Origin: Polymyxa betae A26-41
Lineage: Eukaryota; Protista; Endomyxa: Phytomyxea
NCBI GenBank assembly: GCA_003693705.1
Contig: RBZT01000424.1
Coordinates: forward strand, 1 to 64,000
Reading direction: 5' to 3'
Length of the DNA stretch: 64,000 bases
Part shown: piece by piece, positions 53,539 to 64,000 of the stretch
How the letters are laid out: each line of letters starts with the position of its first letter
How positions within the stretch are numbered: the stretch's first letter is position 1
Program-made: the position numbers and the translations under genes
Notes under the pieces: model-generated
What the model was told of the DNA's origin: nothing
What the model saw: the letters and a program-made list of their open reading frames with translations, nothing else
Database searches by the model: none

Positions 53539-53687
53539 ATTTTTGCTTTTTTGCCATTGTTTAAATAAACATAACCCTAAATCTGCTTACAACATGTAGA
53601 TAAAAAATTGTGCAGCAAATTCGAATTGCCTGAATATCGAACTTAGATGTTGCGGTGTGGTGACCCATTTGTCTGACGTCCAGTATC

Positions 53688-56600
53688 ATGAATGGATGTG
53701 AGAATTCTCATGACCTCGGTCGATTACCTGCTCAGGCCTCTCTCATATCGTCAACTCTGAGTATACACAGACCTTCAGAGGCACAATCATCTCGATCTCC
53801 CTCTAAACCTGACTCGGATTATCCTGTGGTAGTCGAAGCGCTTCGACTCCTCTGCCAAAGAATACTGCAATTGAATTTATCTATCCAGCGGATTGAAAAA
53901 AAGTTCCATTCTCTTCAATCAAACTTGTAGGTCTCATTATCGGCTAGTTACCAGCGATTTAATCCAATTGCAGTGAAGATAATCCTGGACATTTGTAATA
54001 CCGAAATTTGTTGAAGGAATCACTTCAAAGTAATAAACCTTTATTATATTAATATTTCATGATCATAATAAATTGACAATTTTTTTTGAAATCATAGGCG
54101 AAGTTTTGAATGATTGTTATCATTACTCCTTGTTTGAATAATATATTGGGTACGGAAGTCATCTAACATTGTGTCAAAGCTACATCGGCGTTTTGCATGA
54201 AGGTTCGGCGCTTGGCTTTAGGCAACCTTCCGCCATGGACCTGGTCCGACTCGTCTTGCAACCATCGGGCCCATCTGGACATTGCTCGCCGATCCCGCTT
54301 TACCAGGCATGGCTTCAGTGGCGGTCTTTACAGGGATACTTACAGGGACTGACGCCAAGCGCCTGGTAGATAATCATTTTCCTTCTGCCTTCCCTTCCTG
54401 ATCGATCTCTGTAGGCAATCGCTAGTTCAGACGACACGAGAAGAACTGAAACAAAAGCCAATTTCTGAGTGGCTCCGTAATTGCCTTCAATCTATGCTTG
54501 GGGCTGACAAAACGTCAATCAGTTGTTCATTTGTACAAGCAGTCGCTCAAGATCTGGACTCTCTTTATGCCGTATGCATATTAAACTTCCGTTTTTCAAA
54601 GTGGATAAACGCTGTGCTAGATATGCCAAATTGCTGCTGTGACTCTTCCTGAAACAATTGGCGTCTCGTTCTGCAAAAACCAGCTGCGATCATTGCTATT
54701 AGGACGTTGGTCGAAGTCATTCGAAAACCCTTCTGATTCGCAACATGCCGTCATGCAAGTTATCACCAACATTGTTGGTGCTGATGAGGTCATTTTAGCT
54801 GTCCATTCCATCATCGTCTCTGGAAAGGAATTCGCGGTCCCTGCATTATTGGCTGTTTTCCATTCAGAGCCATTTCGGTCCGATTTTATTGGTTTGTGGC
54901 TTTTTATCAGTTATCGTTTGATCGATTTTCGTATTTTGTGACCATCGCTGCTTCTAGAAATCTTTAATCGTCAAACTTCTGCAAGATTTTAGCTGAAAAC
55001 CGGTTAGATAGAATGAAGTCAACTTTGACGACCTGGTTCAACAGTGCCATTGAACATAATGATATAATGCAAATAATTGGTATTGGTCAGGGGCTGATAA
55101 CACGATGGAATAACATTACTTTCAGGCACGATGCGGGTGGCTCAAACGCTCTCATTCGCTCTTAAGAACACACAGTCGGGATATTCTCGATTTCAGTATT
55201 CTCTTTGGATACAGAAACTGGTCGTTAACAATTGAACCTCCTGTAGCATATCGTGCGGAACCTAACCATCATTTTTATTGGTAGGTTCTGGATCTATTCG
55301 CGCTTAAATCAATCGCATCGGAACGTCAGCTGCGTTTAATTTTAAAGGCCATGATTAAGTGTGTAAAATAGGCATACTGAATCTTTGCCTTTCTAAAGAT
55401 TTTGCTGCAGGTCGAAACCGTCAGACTGGAGCGACACAATCAAAGCTCATCAGGCTACAATCGCTCGTTTGAGCTGCCATCACGATCTTTGCTCGGCCTA
55501 TATTGCCGGCGGTTCGCCCGCTCTTCCAATGGCCGAAATCGTCGCTTGCAATTGTCTCAGGCATATTGCTATCGGAATTGATGGTCACGTCTCTGAAGTA
55601 CTCATCAAGACCACATTGAATTGTTACTTGAAATCTGTCGTCTTGTCATTGCGAGCCCTTCGCTCTGAGAATGGCACCAACGCGAATCTGGTAAACGACA
55701 TCGACCAATATGCATCTGTATTGTCATGTTTGAACTCACCATTTGAATCCATCGTTCTTGACATGACGCATTCTCTGTTTGCTTCCAGCATCACAGAATT
55801 TGAGCTCGGTGCATTAGCAATGTTAGTTGCATCGGGATTGAGGAAGGATTCGCTCGTTTTCTTGTCTCTCGTTGATAAGATCCCGTTCAAACATCTCGAT
55901 AATGTTTTGCTATTCGCTCTACATTTGATCCGGGCGCTCTCGGTTTTTAATTGTCCCGCTGGAAGTGCTGCTGATTCAAGTTCAGTGTTGAAGCTGTTCG
56001 CCAAGCTGTCCTACTTGACGGAAAGACACGATTTTTTCCATGATGGACCTTCTTGTAGAACAGCGACATGTTTATTGATTTCAGAAATGAAATCGGTGTT
56101 GTCGCTCCGGGTTGGTCCAATTGACTTTAATCGCGTTTGCATCACCGATATTCTGGAGCTCGAAGTCGAACAACACGATTCATGTTCATCCTGGATCTGT
56201 TTCTTCATAAGAAGGCGCTTTGGTCCCGAATCCGTTGCAGACAGAATCGATACGTTTATTGTTAATCGATTGGCGACAGGATCGCAGCTACTCTCGGCCT
56301 CATTCGCTTCCTTGATTCGAGCAAACTTCGACCTGTTTCCAAAGAAAAATTTGAAAGATTTGTTGCAGAAAGTCAGGTCGAAGTCATCAATACCACTACC
56401 GAGGCTCCTGCAAATAATTACGGCCTTTGGTGGTGATTTGGATTTGCATTCGGTTGAATGTTTTCTGGTGGAAGCTATCGCGCAATCGTCAGGTTCGATC
56501 ACCAAGCTTCACAGCGATGAAATGCGTCAGGTGATTTGGCTTTACAAAACGTATTCCATGACGGAGCCAAAAGACGCCCAGCTACAGGCGTTGTTTTATG

Positions 56601-58025
56601 CCGATAGTGATCGCCTGCGGGATTTAGATGAGACCTCGAAGATCATCGCGATTGCATGTTTAACTGTGCTAAATTCGTCAAATACCCAAGCACTCTTCAG
56701 TTCACTGCAATTAGCAAATAATTGTCGATTTGCTGCTCAACTATTTCGTCGGCTCGTCCTGGATGGGCATTTTGATATATGCAAGCTGGTTTGCCATCAT
56801 GTTGGCTCCATAGATATCATTGCGAGTGCATTCCCCGATTTACAACCAGATGCAGCATTAACATTAATACGGATCGGGCTAGCATTCCCAGATACTGTCA
56901 ACAAAGCGAGCCAGAGTTCTGAACTGTTGCATTGTTTGTTACGACATTACATTTGCTCTGTTCCTCAAGCATTACAAGATTGTTCGAATGGGTTACTCTG
57001 GGCAAATTCTGCCAGGAACATGATGAAATGTATTCTTGAACGAAGTGATGTCCAAGTTTCGCATGACTTACTTCAACAATTTCAATTGTTGTGCCCTGGT
57101 GTAGAACCAATCAGCAACTCTAAACCATCCCATAATGGTGCTGTCAGATAAATAACATTCTTAAAAACAGAAAATACTGCATGCAGCATAGAGTCGGCGC
57201 GTGCTCGGAGTTCAATGTCGCGATCTCTGGACATGATTATTGTTGAGGTCTCAGTGCTGGTTTTTGACAATCCACAGCAGACTCAGTTCCACGACGCTTT
57301 TCGCGAATGGAGTCAATGATCTACCTCTGACAGCAGCCGAGTAGTTGGAACTATAAAGTTACTGTTATCATAACATGAAAGAACACTATAGCGACGATTG
57401 ATTGTATTTCTATTCTGTTCGAACTAACTGTATTCATAAAATATGATTTTGTATAAGGCCTACCTATACTGTAAGGTGATTATGTATTATTATGTGATTT
57501 CTAGTGTGTACTGCAGTATATAAGACAGTATGTGTATCATACTCATATAGTATTGATATGTCTATAGACATAGATCCACAAGTCGCTCATCAACTTCATC
57601 ATGTCGTCAGTCCAATAATTGGCCCGCATGTCGCCTGCATTAATCGGTGCTGCTGTAGGAGGAGGTAGGGGACAGACTCGCCGCCCCAATTCGATCGGAT
57701 CTGGATTTGGATGAGACCGAGCTGCTGCTGGCTGGATCGCTGGGTGATAAGCTGGTATTGGCGCTTCGAGAATGGAGATCAGGACCAAGGGTCGAGTCTG
57801 TCAGCATTGAACTGCTTAAAGTTGCTATTTTGCAATTGCCAATGACAGAGTTAATCAATGTCTTAGGTGATGAGAGCTCATGGGCTTGAAAATGGATGGA
57901 CACCACGACAGACTTCAAATGCAGAACGAAAGCTACGTCTTCTATTAAGACGAGTTCGTCAGAACAATCCGGGAGCCACCGAACCTAGCTCCAAAAAGCG
58001 ACGTAAACGTGCCAGATATTCCTGA
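53688..58025 (+). CDS. Large helical multi-exon protein, FANCA-like (tentative)
   Basis: Includes the 560-codon ORF 55469-57151 and a C-terminal basic NLS (KKRRKRAR). The spliced segment 55013-55510 resembles a conserved FANCA block. 5' exons are uncertain. Confidence 0.55.
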
Positions 58026-59382
58026 CCTTTTGTGATGCTGTTATCAATCGATATCTATATTTATTTATTTATCATTAACTACATTTAATATCAAAGACAG
58101 AAATATTGGCCTGAGTCTATTTGGGTTTCCATTTCAGTCCCGTTGCTGCTCTAATTATAGATGCGTCTGGACAACGCCAAAGACGTGCTTGCAGCTGGCC
58201 AATGGTTCGTCACTGAGGCTTTCTTGATACTCTCCCCATAGCTGACATGGCAACGGTCAATTCAGAGAACAGCCACGAAAATTTAGCTTCAACGATTCAC
58301 TTGACAGTTGGCAATCCACCTTCAAACCCAAATTCCGCTTAATTCATGACCATCACCTGATGCAGATCGGTTCCTCTCTGAACTAAGCACCTTCGATCAG
58401 TGTCTCCATGGGTCAACAGCTTTCTCTGTTTTGCCATTTATCCATATGTGTGATGTTGTTAGAGGCAGAGATTCATTACTAGAAATCTGCTTTGCAATTC
58501 GAGTCTAGAAGTTGGTTATACCTAACATCTATCGATTTCTAAACCCAATATCCTGCATTTTCTATATTTCCAATCAAATAATCATATTGACAACTTATAA
58601 GAATCTATTCACATCATGTAGCAGTATTGAACCGCTGTAAACTGCCACGTAGAAACATGAAATCTGCAACCAGATTTCATTGATCAATTCCAAGTCATGC
58701 AATCCAGATTTTTCTAATCCATTACCTATTCAAGCAATTACAATGATATTGTTAATCATGTTGTTTCGTCTTATAGCCTAAAAACATAACGTCAGATGGA
58801 TACGTTTATTAGGACTAAACATGTGGAATAGTAGTTTTAAGCGTTCTGGCAATTGATCTTCAGGTTTATTTTGTATCAGGAAATGACCAATTGAACCGAA
58901 CGGTTGGATTGAAACCAGATGACCTATTGAACATTGATGAGATAGTGGCAGTTTTATTTGATAAATCAGCAACAAAATGCATACACAATGATTCAATCTT
59001 CAGCATTGATCAGTTTCTGTCCGAGTATTAACATGTATTATCGTGGAAACAATTTCCATGAAATTTGAGATTCCGATGTTTGCATCTCTGTATAATGCAC
59101 AACATGCATAATGTGTCAATATCATCAAGTATATCCATAAACCACTACTTGATGATTCATCTGCAATATCACCTGCTGTAGAATGAAGGCTTATCACGAT
59201 CTTGATAGTCTGATCGCTAACAAATGGAGCCGATAGAAACTTGAGGACCTCTATGCTCTAAGATCTGTTAACATAAGAGATATCACACACATGTGTTCAG
59301 ATTCCTATTTAGATCGTATTTAAGCAATATATTTACATTCAATCAATGGTAATACTGTACTTCGACATTATTACTATCTCTA

Positions 59383-60411
59383 TCATTTATTTAGAAATTG
59401 TTGAATGCTTTCATCATAACCTGTGTACTTGAGAGCTGCCATACTAAGACCGGCGAATGCCATTAATGAGCAGGTAATCCCCAACCCAATTGCAATTCGA
59501 TGTTTTGTGACGATTGATTTCGGCTTAGTCTCATGATCAGGCTCTAATTTCTGAAATAAATCATCCCAGGTTTTAGCCTGACTCGGGTCACCGCTTATTT
59601 CAAATGTGCATCGTCGAGTCTGATCTAAACGTTCAATGGTCTCGACAATAACATCTGTCAATGATGCTATAGGGATGAGAGGGTATCCTCTTAGTCTTAA
59701 TAGAGGAGCTCGACCTTGATGGAATGAGATATCGCTAACAGATCGATGCATTGATGTCATGGTGCATTGAACGTTATGAGGTCGAATAACAGTATAATCG
59801 AGACCCGATCCTTAATTGCAATCAATCAGATATGGCATTATACCTGTTAAACAGCTTTATACCTTTAATAAGACATTCTCCATTTGCCTTCCAATAATAC
59901 ATGTAATTCTGTGTCAAATTACCAAACATTGTTGCAATCCTAAACGGCCTTCCAACTGGATTGATACAAATCAGAACAAGATCGTGGTATATCAACATAC
60001 TGGACCTGCTGGAGGCTCGATCATCACGATCCTCTGTAATGTTGAAGAGTTTTTTGCTGCATCGCAAAGCTGCTGAATCGCCAGGTAATCGACCGATTTT
60101 GACGAATCCGGTGACGAAGAGAACAAATCGATAAAACGCCAACGAGATCGTGGTCCTACACACCAGACGACGATATCAATTCCATCCATGGCCATGTGAA
60201 TATCTTCAGATGATAATTGCTTGGTTAAATAGAGTTTAATACGACCTGATTCGATGGCATCACCAAACATAGCATGAGCACGATCTTGATCACGAACAAG
60301 TATAGATGTAAGATAATCAGTATTAGTTAATATCTGTTGAGTTAAACATGATCCAATAGTCCCTGTAGCTCCTACTATCAAGATAGCTCTCTGTTCCTTC
60401 AATTTCGTCAT
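59383..60411 (-). CDS. NAD(P)-binding atypical SDR/NmrA-like protein with C-terminal membrane anchor (3 exons)
   Basis: ILIVGATGTIG, LVRD, GIDIVVWCVG, VDY and YWKANGE motifs, plus a C-terminal hydrophobic helix. Confidence 0.8.
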
Positions 60412-61599
60412 AATTCAATTTGAGAATATCTTGAGATTACAGGCCGTTCATATATGAAGTCGGAGGATTCCGATTCACAAGATTTGATATTCATCGGAGA
60501 TCAAAATTCATATTAGTTTTGTATTGATGGAATATCTCTTGGTCATAATAACGTCTAATACACCAGATACATTAATAACCTGTTCCTGCCTATATTAACA
60601 TGATGTTATTTGCAATAATATTACCTCATATATACTCGGGATGTGTTTGTTTGAGACCACATGAAGCTATAGATGCAGCTGATGCCAACCATGCAGGTCT
60701 ATCTGATCTATTCGTGCAGCAGATCACGAGATGAGCCGTGATAGAGCAACCGCCCCTGGAACTTGATTAAAGGATTCCATTGGCATAGATACTGGTTGTG
60801 TCTATGCAGGACCATCTCTCGTTATCACCATATACATAGATCATAATATTCATGATCATCAACTTTACTGCAGTTTCATATTCTGCAAATGTCTCGGCAT
60901 ATTGTCAGCACAACTCAATGTGACTCTGTTAGTTAAACAAGTGATTATTCATTGAACGTATGGCTGAGATTTTGGTCATGCTCATATATGGGATGTTGCT
61001 CCCCTGCCTGATCCGGCAATCGCACATCATCACGCCACACTTCACCTGCAAGACAATGAGCTGCGAATCAAGAGGGTGCTCCCGGTAGTTTGCATCCTCT
61101 GCCTGCGTCGGTCAACGATCTCCACGCAATCACAGAAGACCTGTGTAGACCCAGATATCCTGCCTAATTTCCATCATCACTAAATGCACATCACCAGTAT
61201 CCTGCACGTCGATTTTCTGTCCAGCTCGCAGGCAGATAACCCAGGGCGTAACTTGTCATCCACCTCGCGTTCACGGCGACCTCATACGTGAACCAGGAGC
61301 CGCGTCTTTAGCAGGAGACAATCCTGCATCAGTATACGCCCTGGATCCAAGCACGGATCCAGAATTTGGTAAGCGAGGAGCGCCAGAAGATGATCCCGTC
61401 CAACGCCGAACTCTTAGCAGAATGCCACGACTTTCTGATGATTGTGAACTGAAGTCAGTGCAATCATTTTATGAATGACGCTCCTTGTACTGATCTGCAA
61501 TAGAGGATACCTTTCGTCTTCAAGACAGGTTTGCAAAGACACACACCAGTGTTCAAGCTGCTCATTTTCTTAAATAATAAAATACTGACAGATCTTTTA

Positions 61600-62961
61600 T
61601 TATGAATTAAGATATGTTCGATCTAATAGCAGATCTATAGGAAGTGATCTAAGAATATTCTCTGCATTATCAATACCTTGATCTCGAAGATTATGCTCTA
61701 ATTCTTCTATTGAACATATCTTGAATGCAATAGAATCAGACAGCCTTGGATCAATACAATGTTGCCAACTAGAAATCTTCATTCGATGAACTTCATACCA
61801 GAATTTCCACCATAATCTATTCATCAAAAAGGTAATGATTAAATCACATAGAGATATGAATACATTAAATACTAACATTTGATGATCTTGATAGGATGTG
61901 AATATCTTCATGATCTTCATTAACTCTTGAATTGATTGTCTATTATTACTTGATCTTGTAAATATATGATCATATAATGGACATGTATGTCTATAATCAT
62001 ACAGGAACTTGTATAATTCATCAATAGTGAGATGAATGTGATTATAGATCTCTGTATGAACTACAATATTGAATATATAAGTAATATGTAGATATATGAT
62101 AATATGAACTAACATGATAATGGAAGTGATTGAATACTCATCTGATAATGTTCATATGCATCATGATGTAATCGTGATAGAGCATTATCAATATGAGATC
62201 CAATTACAGCACGTGTACGTCCATGGTTTAGAAGACAATGTAGTTCAGCGAGGGATCCCTCCTGATCTACATCTAGTTCAATGATATCGCTGCAGGTACT
62301 GAACTGTATCCGGACTATGAATGGGAATGGATCAACCTAGAATAAGGATATATCTAGGGTTTAGGGTTTGACTTCAGGTCTATCTAACCTGTATATGAGC
62401 TGGCTCATATAATATTCCATCACATAGACAGAATCTATGCTTATCACAATGACGCCATTCTAGTTCAGTACCATCCAAGATCATCATACAATCTCTGACC
62501 AGGGAATCGTACTGATTTGGGCCGATCTCGGCTCGAATCGCGATCGCCTTTGCAAATCGATCGAGTCCAATACTGTGTTCGATTCGTTTGTTATCACAAT
62601 GTCGGTCCCATAATAGTCGATGCATTGGATTTTTGATTAAACAAATCTGTTGTGGATCTAGAATAATATCATCATGATCATGATCATTGATATCATCATT
62701 GATAGTATAATCTATCTTATATATAGTCCGATCTGGAGATTCGAATTCACTTCTTAAGAATGCATCCCAGGATTCCTGCCAGAATTGCTTTATCCATTGA
62801 TCTCGATGTATGGATACCTGATTATCTAATAGTCGTTTGAGGACAGATGAGAATCCTGCCATCTGGTCATGATCTGATATACATGATCTGAACATATTCA
62901 ATGGGTAATGACGTGATAGTTTACAGATCTTGATCGGGATCATGGGCTCAACATCAAACAT
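61600..62961 (-). CDS. Orphan His/Ile/Asp-rich hypothetical protein (at least 3 exons)
   Basis: ORFs 62380-62961 and 61600-62115 join in frame via two GT-AG introns and a middle exon (VDPFPFIVRIQF...LLNHGHEYSITSIIMLVH). Confidence 0.55.
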
Positions 62962-63113
62962 TTCAAACTAAACGATTTGGTCGGTAACAACGTGTCAATA
63001 CATCCATCATTATATTATATATTGAGTCAATAATTCATTAGAATTGTAGTATATATTTATGTAGGCTTGATGAAGATATTATGGTGGCGGATGTCATTAT
63101 CGTGTTTAATTTG

Positions 63114-64000
63114 ATGTCAACATTATCAGGACCTCACAGGATTCAGGTCGGGGTTCGGATCCGTCCTTTAACACCAGCAGAACTAGCTCAGGGTCAATCC
63201 TGTAGTTGGGCAGTTCGAGGACAGACAATCCAGCAGATTGTTGATCAAGACATCAGACCATCATCGTCATCTTTGAAGAAGCGCGCCGAATTCAAATTTC
63301 AATATGTATTTGGACCTGAGACTAGTACAGATCAGGTATTTAATGAATTAGTTGCTCCAATTGTACAAGATGGTCTATCTGGTATTAATGGTGCTATATG
63401 TTGTTATGGACAAACATCAGCTGTATGTATAGAACACATTCATATCACATTTCACTTTGGCGCTCTTTTCACCGAATTCGAAGCGTTCTCTTCTTTTAAA
63501 AAATATCTTGGTTTTAGTACAACACGATGAAGATTTCCTCTGAGATAAGATATTGATTATGCCTCACTGTTATTTTCAATAATTAATTTGGCTGTGTGGA
63601 GAGCTCTAGTTTCTTTTGATGTTTCTAATAATGTATGACATGAAATATGTTCTTGTTTCAGTCTATGAATTGCTGATATAATTAATATACTATGTTTAGG
63701 GTAAAACATACACATGCCAAGGGACAGATGAACATCCAGGTATTATTCGTCTGGCATTGAGATTATTATTCGCTTCAATCCAACAAGTATAATGTCATTG
63801 ATGATTATGTTGGATCTGAGCATTATTATATAGGATAATACACGACGATATCAATTACGATGTTCATATATAGAGATCTATAATGAACATGTATTTGATC
63901 TTCTGTCTGATGTTGAAGAGAATCTTGTCGTTCAGGAAGATAAAGAGGTTTGCATTCTTTCAAACCGGATAGTTCTTGTTCATAACGCTTCCATTCTTCA
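63114..64000 (+). CDS. Kinesin motor, kinesin-7/CENP-E-like (5' part; runs off window)
   Basis: IQVGVRIRPL, F.FQYVFG, GINGAICCYGQTSA|GKTYT (P-loop split by intron 63423-63699) and SYIEIYNEHVFDLL. Confidence 0.88.

Noticed and set aside
58100-59290. Fragmentary minus-strand ORFs
   Set aside because: May be an orphan gene or pseudogene, but no coherent spliced model could be supported.
60600-61451. Signal-peptide-like short ORF and GC-rich protein-like fragments on the + strand
   Set aside because: Multiple stops, no identifiable family, and too weak to call.

Overview
Gene-dense eukaryotic DNA with many short (~45-60 nt) GT-AG introns, telomere-like (T)TTTAGGG motifs and flagellar/centriolar genes. 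This pattern fits a flagellated protist. A phytomyxid such as Spongospora is my inference, not verified. Recognisable genes: MORN5, ATG12, HTATSF1/CUS2, an SGNH-like secreted hydrolase, an LMBR1-family protein, QDPR, PSMC1/RPT2, DCC1, Ran, ribophorin II (RPN2/SWP1), an F-BAR/SH3 protein, an ~18 kb inner-arm dynein heavy chain (DNAH2-like), a DusA-type dihydrouridine synthase, PCNA, an NAD(P)-binding protein and the 5' part of a kinesin-7. Tentative calls are WDCP-, Moonraker- and FANCA-like genes. Accessory content includes a Pro-rich surface protein spanning an assembly gap, two small secreted His-rich peptides, TIR elements at 14.3-15.7 kb, a transposon-relic region at 48.5-51 kb and an AT-rich right end. 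The most striking observation is that RPN2/SWP1 carries a tandemly duplicated, diverged last exon. It has a same-phase acceptor and its own KxKxx ER-retrieval tail, which predicts two mutually exclusive membrane anchors for one oligosaccharyltransferase subunit. Gene spans were assembled by eye and family assignments come from recalled motifs; no database search was run.
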